A stretch of DNA of 28,149 nt from Campylobacterales bacterium (GCA_016937075.1 JAFGWQ010000178.1:1-28149); one strand, 5' to 3'. Shown: positions 16,929 to 25,871, counted from the stretch's first letter. Program-made: numbers and translations. Notes: generated from the letters alone by a model not told the origin.

Positions 16929-17944
16929 CTATCCTCATTGTAAAAAAAACTACTCAACCCATTATCAAAAAGGTACAAAACCGAATCATCGTAGCCTTGC
17001 GCAGTATAATCTATATCGAGCGTAGCGACACTCGTATCTCTCCTTCTATCAGGCCCGAACGATACTATGCGCGCGTATTTGGCCCTGAGAGTTCCTGCGC
17101 CGGATACTCCTGCGAGTGCGTCCGATGTAGGTATCTGTATCTCATACGGGGTACCATACGGGTCGAGTACCGTCGGGGCATTGAGCATGGTTGAGCTTTT
17201 TACGCCGTAGATTTCTTTGCGGTTTCTTGCATTTTCGTACAAACTGTTCATAGTGCCGTCGAATACGGGGGTATATACCGGGTAAAGTTCGGCATTTGCT
17301 TTGGCTGCGTCCCATGCGGTATCGATATCCCAAAGCGTAGATGCACCGTCAAACTTATACAGCTCGATATCCTGCTGCGCTACAAAATAGAGATTGCCCG
17401 TTTCGGCTTCGCCGCCACCCAAAGCTTTGAGGCTTGAAGGCTTGAGATAGCCGTTGCCTGCTATATATCCACCCTTCCATCCGCCCTTATCGGGATTAAG
17501 CTTTTCTTTGATGATGTCTATGAGCACCTGCTTGCGCTGCGTTCCTGTGCCGTTATCCCCCTCGCTTGTGGCATCCACTCTCAAATCTGCGGCATTGGTA
17601 TAATGGCGGTCTATGAATGAGATCATATTTCTGCATACATCGCTTGTGGCTGCATTGTTATAATTCACCGCGCCGATACCGCCTGTAACGTCAAAGCATT
17701 TCTCGAAACCGTATGTCAGCAATGACACATTATCAGGCGCAAATCCCACATCCCCGTAAAACTCCAAAGCGCCTTTTTTGATCATCTTCATTTGAGATTC
17801 ATTGAACTGTTCTTGTGCTGCCTCTTTGGTGTTGCTCAATCTCGGGGCAACTATAGCAACCAAAAAACCCATGATAACTATGACGATCAACACCTCGATT
17901 AGCGTAAACGCGCTGCGGTTTTTTGTCACTCTGCAAGTTTTCAT
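16925..17944 (-). CDS. Large type IV pilin-like protein, GspG-like
   Basis: RSA|FTLIEVLIVIVIMGFLVAIVAPRL; FYGDVG, GWKGGYI, DPYGTPY, IVSFGPDR...DD motifs. Confidence 0.87.
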   Translation of the reverse strand: MKTCRVTKNRSAFTLIEVLIVIVIMGFLVAIVAPRLSNTKEAAQEQFNESQMKMIKKGALEFYGDVGFAPDNVSLLTYGFEKCFDVTGGIGAVNYNNAATSDVCRNMISFIDRHYTNAADLRVDATSEGDNGTGTQRKQVLIDIIKEKLNPDKGGWKGGYIAGNGYLKPSSLKALGGGEAETGNLYFVAQQDIELYKFDGASTLWDIDTAWDAAKANAELYPVYTPVFDGTMNSLYENARNRKEIYGVKSSTMLNAPTVLDPYGTPYEIQIPTSDALAGVSGAGTLRAKYARIVSFGPDRRRDTSVATLDIDYTAQGYDDSVLYLFDNGLSSFFYNEDR

Positions 17945-18285
17945 ATTAGTTTCTTGACAAGTTGAATATATTTTGGGTCTATTTTGATCTTGTTGCCGGC
18001 GCCAAAATCCATCTTGATATCTTTGAGATAACCTGTCTTTTTGATAGCATCAAACACTAAAAACGCTTGCGTAGCAGTATAGCTCAATCTATATCCGGCT
18101 ATTTTCACAGTCGCTTTCTCATCCCCTCTTGCCAATGACAGAAATATACTCTTCGCATCCCTGTCAAACTCCATATCCTCTATCTTGCCCATCTCGGCGG
18201 GGATCTGCATATTTACCAAAGGCAAAATGTATGTCTGGCTGCTAAACACCTTTTGTGTCAATTTTTTTAGTTTTGTGTATATCAT
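17941..18285 (-). CDS. Hypothetical basic protein within the pilus operon
   Basis: AAGGA RBS and ATGA overlap with the downstream pilin; no family recognised. Confidence 0.75.
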   Translation of the reverse strand: MIYTKLKKLTQKVFSSQTYILPLVNMQIPAEMGKIEDMEFDRDAKSIFLSLARGDEKATVKIAGYRLSYTATQAFLVFDAIKKTGYLKDIKMDFGAGNKIKIDPKYIQLVKKLI

Positions 18286-18294
18286 CTGTATTCC

Positions 18295-19485
18295 TTATTT
18301 TCGTAATTTGAGTATCGGCATCGTTTCTATGCTTTTTGGGGCCGCTTCTTGCAGAGGCTCATCAAAAGTTTTTAGATTAACGACGCAACCCCCCTGTCCG
18401 GTATTGTCCAATTGATTTGAGATCATAAGCTTGAGGTCATCAGGCTTGGTAGATGCCGCCAACACCTCATCCATATCCGCCGCACCATCAAGGTAAAGCT
18501 TCATAAGCGCCTGGTCAAAACTCTGCATGCCGTATATGCTTCCTTGAGCGATGGCATCGGTGATCTCGCTATCCATATTGTCTTTTATGAGCTGTTTGAT
18601 ACGCTCGCTTGCTACCATGATCTCTATAGCAACACATCTGCCGCCTTTTTTGTTTTTGATGAGCCTTTGTGCCAATATCCCTTGCAAAACAGAAGCCAGC
18701 GTAAGGCGGATACGGTTTTGCTCGAACATCGGGAAGATCCCTATGATCCTGTCTATGGTCTCTTTGGCATCCAAGGTATGGAGCGTGGAAAGCACCAGAT
18801 GCCCTGAATTTGCGGCATGCAAAGCTATCTCGACTGTTTGTGCATCCCTCATCTCTCCGACCAGGATGATATCGGGGTCTTCCCTGAGGGCGGATTTGAG
18901 TGCGTTATGGAAACTATACGTATGCTCGCCGACATTTCGCTGCTCGATGATGGATACCTTGTCGTTATGCACGAACTCTATCGGGTCTTCTATAGTGATG
19001 ATATGCCTTTTTTTGGCAGAATTGATAGCATCGATGATGGCTGCCAATGTCGTAGATTTACCGCTTCCGGTAGTCCCCGTGACCAGCACCAAACCGCGCT
19101 CAAAATTTGCAAACTGTTCAACACTCTTTGGCAAACCAAGTTCCTGCAGCGTCGCGATTCGTGTCGGAATGATACGAAAAACCGCCCCGTATCCGCCCAA
19201 ATGCCAAAAAAAGTTAAAACGGAACCGTTTTTTGCTTTTGTTTGTATAGTATCCGTCAAGCTCTTTTTCATCATGCAGTTTTTTCTGTTGCTCGGGAGAT
19301 AATATCTCAAGCATAGTAGCTTTAAAAAATGCCTTATCCAACACCTCTTTGCCGATCACTTCTATATCGCCATTGATCCTGGCCCTGGCTGGGGTATCTG
19401 TTTTGATATGCAAGTCACTTCCGCCCTTTTCCACCATGATATCGAGCAGCTTGTCAAGTTTTGTTTTCATGTTGTCGTACTGCAT
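18295..19485 (-). CDS. pilU: Second retraction ATPase, PilU-like
   Basis: GSDLHI, GTTGSGKSTT, LREDPDIILVGEMRD, STLHT, GMQSFDQAL; AIRNLIRE motif degenerate (RIKQLIKD); C-terminal extension. Confidence 0.78.
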   Translation of the reverse strand: MQYDNMKTKLDKLLDIMVEKGGSDLHIKTDTPARARINGDIEVIGKEVLDKAFFKATMLEILSPEQQKKLHDEKELDGYYTNKSKKRFRFNFFWHLGGYGAVFRIIPTRIATLQELGLPKSVEQFANFERGLVLVTGTTGSGKSTTLAAIIDAINSAKKRHIITIEDPIEFVHNDKVSIIEQRNVGEHTYSFHNALKSALREDPDIILVGEMRDAQTVEIALHAANSGHLVLSTLHTLDAKETIDRIIGIFPMFEQNRIRLTLASVLQGILAQRLIKNKKGGRCVAIEIMVASERIKQLIKDNMDSEITDAIAQGSIYGMQSFDQALMKLYLDGAADMDEVLAASTKPDDLKLMISNQLDNTGQGGCVVNLKTFDEPLQEAAPKSIETMPILKLRK

Positions 19486-19491
19486 CAGGCC

Positions 19492-21162
19492 TCACTTCCC
19501 GATATACGGCTTTTGGCCGTTATGCCTGGATGATTCCGCGCTCTCAGGGTCATAGCAAAAAGTATCCTTGTATGTGAGGTTATCTTGCAGTTCATTGCGG
19601 ATATCCTGGCGCACTTTATTTTCTTTTGGATTATTCGGATCTATGATAGTAGGCGTCAAGACCATGATTAGCTCCCTTCTTGATTTGTCATTTGCTGTTT
19701 TTTTGAATATCGTGCCAAACACAGGGATATCGCCCAAAACAGGCACCTTGCTCTCATTAATTGAATTTTGCTCCCTGATCATCCCGCCCAAGACTATGCC
19801 CTTTTTATCGGTAGTGCTCAAAAGCGATTTGATGGTATATTTGGATATGCCGTCTATTGTATAAGATTGCGTACCCCCCGTGGCGATCGGTATGACTATG
19901 GTTTGCGTTTTGCCGCTGAGAGATGATATCTCGGCATCTATCTTGAGCAGTATCTCGTTATTTTCATTAATAAACGGGGTTATGCCAAACTGTGTACCGA
20001 GTTGTTTCTTTTCATATATCGGCGTAGGCGGGATAACCACGCTTCCCCCCTCATTTGTCGTAACCGAACCTTTCTCTATGCCTGTGACCACATATCTCTC
20101 TTCTGTCAGGTCCAGCTTGGAAGATATCCTGTTTAATGTCAGCAATACAGGCGAAGATATGGAAGTCGCCTTGCCGTTGTGTTTGGCTATATCTATATTT
20201 GCCTGTATATTAGAACTGAGAAACATATAGCTTATATTGCCTATGCTTCCCGTACTGCTAAGCACCTTGCCCAAAGCAGACGATTTGGAATCTTTGATGA
20301 TAAAATCAAAGAACGAATGGTAATTATCCCCCAATGTCATCTCTATGATCTCCGCTTGGATCAATACTTGTTTCATAGGCCGGTCTATCTTCTTGAGCAG
20401 TTTTTTCGCCTCTGCTATCAGCTCAGGTTTGGACGAAGAGAGAAAAACCATATTTTCATTGAAATAAGGCACGATATAGAGTACATCACGCGGTATATTG
20501 CTGTTTTGCAGCGCCGTATCAGAGCTTGCAGCAGGTGTATTTGCGCTGCTTGTAGCTGCAGTGCTTGTGCTTGCCGTACTCGCAGAACTGCCGCTGTTGT
20601 TTGCACCCTCGATACCCGGAGCCACGCTCGCACCTTCAGTGGAGGTAGCAGCTTTCATTGGCTGTATGGAGAGATCTGGTGTCATATTCACCAGGTTGCT
20701 GTATGCGAGATTTTTGCTGCTCGAATTGATCACTGCGCGCCCGGGCATCATATCCACCAAAAAATTGATAGCATCACTCAAAGCCGTATATTTGACCGTC
20801 ACTTGCGCCGTATTGAGCGTACCGCCATAATAATTGCTTTCCAAAAACTCCTGCTTGGAAGTGAATGTGACAATGTTATTGTTTTGAACATATGTAAGGC
20901 CGGATTGTTCTGCGACCATATCGAGCAAACCCTTCATGTTTCCATTTTGCATATGCACAGATAACGGTATCTCTTGGTATTTTGGGTGCACATTAAAATT
21001 GAGCCTATACTCATTGCCGAGATAGCCGAGCAGGTTTTGGACGGATATCTTGTCGAAATTGACATACTCTATCTCTATTTTGCTCAGCTCTTTTGCATTG
21101 ATACTGCTTGTTGCCAGAGCTATTGCCAGCCATATCCCGATTGCGATCTTTTTAAATATCAT
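19492..21162 (-). CDS. pilQ: Secretin (PilQ/GspD family)
   Basis: QVLIQAEIIE, SSPVLLTLN, GITPFIN, VLGGMI, KVPVLGDIPVFGTIF, ELIMVLTPTII. Start reassigned to ATG 21162 behind a GGAGGAG RBS. Confidence 0.88.
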   Translation of the reverse strand: MIFKKIAIGIWLAIALATSSINAKELSKIEIEYVNFDKISVQNLLGYLGNEYRLNFNVHPKYQEIPLSVHMQNGNMKGLLDMVAEQSGLTYVQNNNIVTFTSKQEFLESNYYGGTLNTAQVTVKYTALSDAINFLVDMMPGRAVINSSSKNLAYSNLVNMTPDLSIQPMKAATSTEGASVAPGIEGANNSGSSASTASTSTAATSSANTPAASSDTALQNSNIPRDVLYIVPYFNENMVFLSSSKPELIAEAKKLLKKIDRPMKQVLIQAEIIEMTLGDNYHSFFDFIIKDSKSSALGKVLSSTGSIGNISYMFLSSNIQANIDIAKHNGKATSISSPVLLTLNRISSKLDLTEERYVVTGIEKGSVTTNEGGSVVIPPTPIYEKKQLGTQFGITPFINENNEILLKIDAEISSLSGKTQTIVIPIATGGTQSYTIDGISKYTIKSLLSTTDKKGIVLGGMIREQNSINESKVPVLGDIPVFGTIFKKTANDKSRRELIMVLTPTIIDPNNPKENKVRQDIRNELQDNLTYKDTFCYDPESAESSRHNGQKPYIGK

Positions 21163-21514
21163 AGCGAACAGCTCCTCCGTTGTTGATTGATAATAATACA
21201 TAGCCGTGTTCTATTTTGATGACCTTTATGGAGGTCTTGATATCCGATGTATCTACATACACACTCTCTCCTTCACAGACATACAAAAGCCCCTTTTCCT
21301 GAATATCGAGCAGCGCTTTGTGTATCCCGTCTTTATACATGATACCCTTGACCTTGATATCGGCCTGCCTGTTCGTGCTTGTCGGCGTCAAGTAATACTT
21401 GCCTGTTTTTTGGATATACCTGTCGCTTACCGCGAACGGGTCTCTTTGGACATTCCATTTCGCCGCTTCTATCAGCGTCGATAAAGCGGCCAATACTATC
21501 ATCGCTTTTTTCAT
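21152..21514 (-). CDS. PilP/GspC-HR-like alignment subunit (no lipobox Cys)
   Basis: Signal peptide, RDPF motif, VKGIMY..ALL..V.EGE..VIKIEHGYVLL beta pattern; lies between pilO-like and the secretin. Confidence 0.65.
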   Translation of the reverse strand: MKKAMIVLAALSTLIEAAKWNVQRDPFAVSDRYIQKTGKYYLTPTSTNRQADIKVKGIMYKDGIHKALLDIQEKGLLYVCEGESVYVDTSDIKTSIKVIKIEHGYVLLSINNGGAVRYDI

Positions 21515-22053
21515 AGGGTCAGCACCCCTATTTGGATCTTTGTTTTGACCAGCATTTTGTTGTTTTCGATAAAGATCTTATACTCCACGATCTTGACATC
21601 CGCATACATAGAATACACATGGTCATAAAAATTCATCAAGCCCGCATAAGAACCGTTCACGGTCAATTCCATAATGTTTTGCTTTGTATCCATTTTGTAC
21701 TCATATATATCAAATTTGTACAAATTCAATTTCCCTATCACGGCTATGGCGATATCATCACTGTTTTTATAGATGACTTCGCCGAACTTATCGACTTTTT
21801 CTTTGAGTTTGCTCTCTTCATGAACCAGCGATATCTTTTCTTGTTTGAGCTTTCTGATATCCTTTGCCAATCTATCCTCTTTGAGCATGGTTATATTCTG
21901 TTCCACATCCGATATCTTTTTGATGGCCGGCGCCATGTTTTTGTTGTAGAGATAATAGATAAACACTGCACCGATTATTACCTGTACGCCTATAATGAGA
22001 TATTGATTTTGCAATAGTGCCAGCGCACGGCGTTTTAACTCATCACTGTTCAT
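21511..22053 (-). CDS. PilO/GspM-like alignment subunit
   Basis: Single TM, coiled coil, ferredoxin-like C-terminus (LTVNGSYAGLMNFYDHV); synteny. Confidence 0.7.
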   Translation of the reverse strand: MNSDELKRRALALLQNQYLIIGVQVIIGAVFIYYLYNKNMAPAIKKISDVEQNITMLKEDRLAKDIRKLKQEKISLVHEESKLKEKVDKFGEVIYKNSDDIAIAVIGKLNLYKFDIYEYKMDTKQNIMELTVNGSYAGLMNFYDHVYSMYADVKIVEYKIFIENNKMLVKTKIQIGVLTL

Positions 22054-24053
22054 AATATCTCCAAAACAAACTCATTATTAAAATTGCTCTCCAATAGTTT
22101 TTGCCGGTCATTTGTATCGGCCCTATTGGACTCTTCGAGCCTTGAGGGCTCATCCTTGGCAGAGTCTCTGTCATTCAAAGGAAGCGTGCGGGTTTTGTTT
22201 TGCGGGTACTCGAACAATTCCCTCATTGACCCTTGCGCATTAGGCGCGCCGTTTGATGCCGCGAGTTGATAGGTGGTCCTCTGGCTTTTATCCGCTGCTG
22301 GCATCTTGTTTTTCCCTTTGTTGTCCGTCAGGCTCTTTAAAAATACTTTTTTGCCCTGCAATGAAAGCGCACGTATATACTTTAGCAGCGAAGATTCGTA
22401 TATACATCGTCCAGATACGGTGATAACGGTATTTGTATCCGTATTTGCTACCGGCGCTTTTTTTTCTATATTGGTCAAAACCATATCGTCAGGCAACCCG
22501 TTGGCTATCATATGCAGTGACTTCGCCTCTTGGGATACCTTTTTTGCATCTATGAGGTTTTGCATATTTGCTACCTTACTATTAAGTGCCGCTATGTTTG
22601 ATTTGATCCTTTTATTGGCTGCTTCCAGTCTCTTTTTTTGCTCATTTTTCTCCGTCACGTGCTGATGCTCTTTGATGATGTTATCCAGCTTGTATTCCAG
22701 ATACCACTGCCCCGCATAAGTCAGCCCGGCTATCGCTGCGATCACAAAAAACGGCAGTACAGAAGTGTTCTTGTGAAGCTGCTCATATGAACTCAGATGT
22801 TTGCTGACTCCCAAGCGAATCGCTTTGAAGTTGATCTTGAACAGCTCGTGGTACGCTATGCTTACGACCGTTACGTAGCTATTATCCAGGCTGATATCCC
22901 TCTCTAAACGGCTGATACAGTTAGGCAGGTCTTTGTTGTAGTTGTATGTCCTTATATGCACCCCGCCTGCCAAAAACTCTATTTTCATCTTTTTATAAAA
23001 ATCACCGCCGCCGCTCAGGACTGTTTCGGGCGCATTTGCAGCCAGTGCCATGAGCGCTTCATAGTCATAATGCAGGTTAAACTGCTGATAATCAAAGCTT
23101 CCATCTTCGTTTTGATACATCGTATAAGCATTTGCCCCTATAACATGTATGCGAAAATGCGACGCGTTATCATCAGTGTACGACGACGAAAACAGTGATG
23201 ACTTCACAGAGTGGAACTTCTTGATGGAGATATCCGACGCATCCATATAACTCTCTATGCGGTCATACGCCTCTTTTTCGCAGATAGAGACAAGCTTATG
23301 CATCCTATCCTTCTCTCCTGTCCTAAACGGAGATATGGTCGCATACACATCGCTCATGCCGTATCCGGAGATAGCTTCTATCTCTTTGTTGATAGCGCTG
23401 TTTAACATGGTTTCATCTTTGAAACGGCTGCTTTGTATGCTCACTTTATAAAAATCACAGTAAGCATCTTGGATGATAACTATCTGGCTCGGAAGCGCAT
23501 ATATAGTCTCATATGATACTATGGTGATGACGTTTTCTGGCGATTCATACCACGTATGGTCCATTTCCGCCTCTACGCCGGTGATCCGTTTGTGTACTAT
23601 GTGCAGCTCATCATACGTGTAGCTTTTGAGATATTTGATATCCAAAAACACCCCCTGCTTGGAGACTATTGACACCGTGACCACGTCACTGAGCATTTCG
23701 ATCACGAAAATCGATCTGGGAAACAGCGATGTGATGACATTATCCACCGCTTCGAGGAAGCTTAGCCTCATCTTTTTGACCTGGCTTATGACGGTGGCGG
23801 ATTGCTCTACGAAAATATCGTTGACATCAAGGGTGTATTTCGCCGCAGCAGGCTCTTTGACGCTCAGAAGCTCTATGATCTTCTCTTTACGCTTATTGCT
23901 CCTGCTAAATAGGCTGCCGAAACTCCATTGCAGTTTATCGCCGACTGTATTTTTGCCGGGTTCTTTGGTATTGAAAAATTTGACCATGTTCACAGCATCT
24001 TTTTTATCTTTGCCAAAGAGCCGGACAAGCTTCTGTTTGATCCGTTTCATCAT
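22050..24053 (-). CDS. Fused PilM-PilN (GspL-like architecture) protein
   Basis: Actin-like cytoplasmic part with VLSGGG motif, one TM (VLPFFVIAAIAGLTYAGQWYL), coiled coil, PilN-like IANGLPDDMVLTNI...ITVSGR. Confidence 0.7.
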   Translation of the reverse strand: MMKRIKQKLVRLFGKDKKDAVNMVKFFNTKEPGKNTVGDKLQWSFGSLFSRSNKRKEKIIELLSVKEPAAAKYTLDVNDIFVEQSATVISQVKKMRLSFLEAVDNVITSLFPRSIFVIEMLSDVVTVSIVSKQGVFLDIKYLKSYTYDELHIVHKRITGVEAEMDHTWYESPENVITIVSYETIYALPSQIVIIQDAYCDFYKVSIQSSRFKDETMLNSAINKEIEAISGYGMSDVYATISPFRTGEKDRMHKLVSICEKEAYDRIESYMDASDISIKKFHSVKSSLFSSSYTDDNASHFRIHVIGANAYTMYQNEDGSFDYQQFNLHYDYEALMALAANAPETVLSGGGDFYKKMKIEFLAGGVHIRTYNYNKDLPNCISRLERDISLDNSYVTVVSIAYHELFKINFKAIRLGVSKHLSSYEQLHKNTSVLPFFVIAAIAGLTYAGQWYLEYKLDNIIKEHQHVTEKNEQKKRLEAANKRIKSNIAALNSKVANMQNLIDAKKVSQEAKSLHMIANGLPDDMVLTNIEKKAPVANTDTNTVITVSGRCIYESSLLKYIRALSLQGKKVFLKSLTDNKGKNKMPAADKSQRTTYQLAASNGAPNAQGSMRELFEYPQNKTRTLPLNDRDSAKDEPSRLEESNRADTNDRQKLLESNFNNEFVLEIL

Positions 24054-24595
24054 AAATGCGACAACACCTCATCTTCGCTGACTTCGCCTACGAACCTGGC
24101 TTTGATCTCCATTGTCTTGGTATCCACCAGATAGCTTACCGGAAATGCGGTCGGCTCAAAGATATCATAATACCCTTCAGGGATCCTCGATACGGCATAC
24201 TCTATGCCGTGAAGGCTCGCAAAATCCCTTACCTTCGACGGATCTGCGGCTATATACCCGATGACGCTCAGCTTGTCGTTTTTATCGAGTTTATTGAGAG
24301 TATCTATGCTCTTTATGCAATGGCTGCACCGCAAGGCAAAAAACTCGAACAATACATACGGCTTGGCATCAACCTGCTTTTTTATCTCTTTCGAATCGCC
24401 AATGTAAGCCGATATATCTATGGAATTCAATGCATTGCCGCTATTTTGCGATGCATTCTCATCATGCCCGCAATGCACGCAAGGCTGCTGTGCCGGGATC
24501 GCTGCCCATACGGCTATCACGACTCCGAGCATGCTGAGCAGCAGTACCATTCTTTTAGTTTTATCCTGCATTGCCTCTTTGATCTTTTGTACCAT
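24050..24595 (-). CDS. Membrane-anchored thioredoxin-fold protein (TlpA/ResA-like)
   Basis: FFALRCSHC active-site motif, cis-Pro loop FPVSYLVD, N-terminal TM; additional CVHC motif near the N-terminus. Confidence 0.8.
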   Translation of the reverse strand: MVQKIKEAMQDKTKRMVLLLSMLGVVIAVWAAIPAQQPCVHCGHDENASQNSGNALNSIDISAYIGDSKEIKKQVDAKPYVLFEFFALRCSHCIKSIDTLNKLDKNDKLSVIGYIAADPSKVRDFASLHGIEYAVSRIPEGYYDIFEPTAFPVSYLVDTKTMEIKARFVGEVSEDEVLSHL

Positions 24596-25768
24596 TTATG
24601 CTCCTTTAGCTTCTTGGGCGGTATCTTCGCACCCTTTTAGCTTGCATACCAAAGCGTACCAATCCTCAAGCGCAAGATAGATGAGCTTATCGGCCTTCGT
24701 ATGCTCTATGCCTGCTTTGGTCTCCAAGGCATATGCAAGCTGATGCGCCATATACGGGTTTTTTTGCTCCAGTATCGCCATATATTTTGCAGATTTTTGT
24801 ATATCGCCGGATAGTGCGGCGCATATACTCATAGCTCTTAGAAGGTCATCGCTTGGCTTTAGCGCATAAGAGCGCTCATATGCTTCCAATGCAGGCGCAA
24901 ATGCCCCTATCCGCTGCAAACCTGCCCCTTTGATCTCCAATGTACGCCCGTCATGCTTGGCGATATTTTCTATATGCTTCATAGCTTCGAGCAAAGCGTT
25001 GTGTTTGACATACAATTCTGCCGCTGTTCTGTTTGCCCCGTCATGATTTGACCGGATGCTTACTATTTTTTGGGCTGTGCGCAAGGCTTTCATATCATAG
25101 CCCTCTTTTTGGTAGCGTGCCATGAGCTTTTCGAGCTGCGCTATATCGTTCGTTACCTTATACTCATTTGCTATCTCTTTGGCTGCGGGCTTTTTGGCCA
25201 ATTTTTCATATGCCTGCGCCAATGGTGCTAGGAGTTCATCGCCTTCATACTGCCCGCTTGCTTTGATATGCGCATAGTAGCCGTACGCGTCGTCATATTT
25301 GCCTGTTTTATACATATTAACGGCCAAAAGCCTGTAATATTTGATCTGCGGCCCGTCATGATGAATGAGCGAAAGAGCCTCGCCGGCGCTTTTGGTATAA
25401 TCTTTGAGCATATGGTCCACAAGCGCCACGGCATATCCCGCTTCAAAATCATCGGGGTTGAGCTCATAAGCCCTGGCATAGTACTTTCTCGCATTTGCCA
25501 TATCCCCTTTGTGGCGATACAAAGCTGCTATGCTGTGCAGGCTTCGATCATCCTTGTCATAGAGCGCTACGGCTTCTTGGTACAATTTCAGCGCTTCGTC
25601 ATTTTTGCCTCCCGCGTATGCATTGTATGCATTGAGGGCAGTTTCTTGAAATACCCTTACTTTGTTCTGTTCGGTCTCGTAGGCATAATATCTGTATCCT
25701 ATCCATGCGGCAATTCCCGCCATGACGATAGGAATCAAAGCAATAATTATTTTGGTCTGTATAGTCAT
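24596..25768 (-). CDS. Membrane-anchored tetratricopeptide repeat protein
   Basis: N-terminal TM followed by repeated TPR-like units (ALKLYQEAVAL, ARKYYARAYELNP, ALEAYERSYALKP). Confidence 0.82.
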   Translation of the reverse strand: MTIQTKIIIALIPIVMAGIAAWIGYRYYAYETEQNKVRVFQETALNAYNAYAGGKNDEALKLYQEAVALYDKDDRSLHSIAALYRHKGDMANARKYYARAYELNPDDFEAGYAVALVDHMLKDYTKSAGEALSLIHHDGPQIKYYRLLAVNMYKTGKYDDAYGYYAHIKASGQYEGDELLAPLAQAYEKLAKKPAAKEIANEYKVTNDIAQLEKLMARYQKEGYDMKALRTAQKIVSIRSNHDGANRTAAELYVKHNALLEAMKHIENIAKHDGRTLEIKGAGLQRIGAFAPALEAYERSYALKPSDDLLRAMSICAALSGDIQKSAKYMAILEQKNPYMAHQLAYALETKAGIEHTKADKLIYLALEDWYALVCKLKGCEDTAQEAKGA

Positions 25769-25810
25769 CTCTTTTTATCCGTTTTTGTTATTTTCGTGAT
25801 CCACAAACAC

Positions 25811-25835
25811 CGTCATTCTCACGAAGACTGAAATC
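25811..25835 (+). repeat. Degenerate CGTC-type REP / dRS3-like palindrome
   Basis: CGTCATTCTCACGAAGACTGAAATC aligns colinearly with the copy at 27513-27539. Confidence 0.55.
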
Positions 25836-25871
25836 GGCTTGTGTGTTATCCATGATCTCATCGGTTCTCAC

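Noticed and set aside
800-18400. Homopolymer runs (T/A runs near 810, 3360 and 13465; a short C run near 18390) as phase-variation tracts
   Set aside because: They are short and mostly A/T, all frames are intact, and there are no long poly-G/C tracts typical of Campylobacterota contingency loci.
24464-24481. Possible c-type heme motif in the thioredoxin-fold protein
   Set aside because: The sequence is CVHCGH, not CxxCH; His does not directly follow the second Cys.
11640-25831. Many plus-strand ORFs up to 261 aa (e.g. 14926-15432, 18551-19249, 20179-20964, 24056-24640, 25268-25831)
   Set aside because: They are antisense shadows of well-supported minus-strand genes, with no recognisable motifs or RBS; expected in GC3-richer coding DNA.
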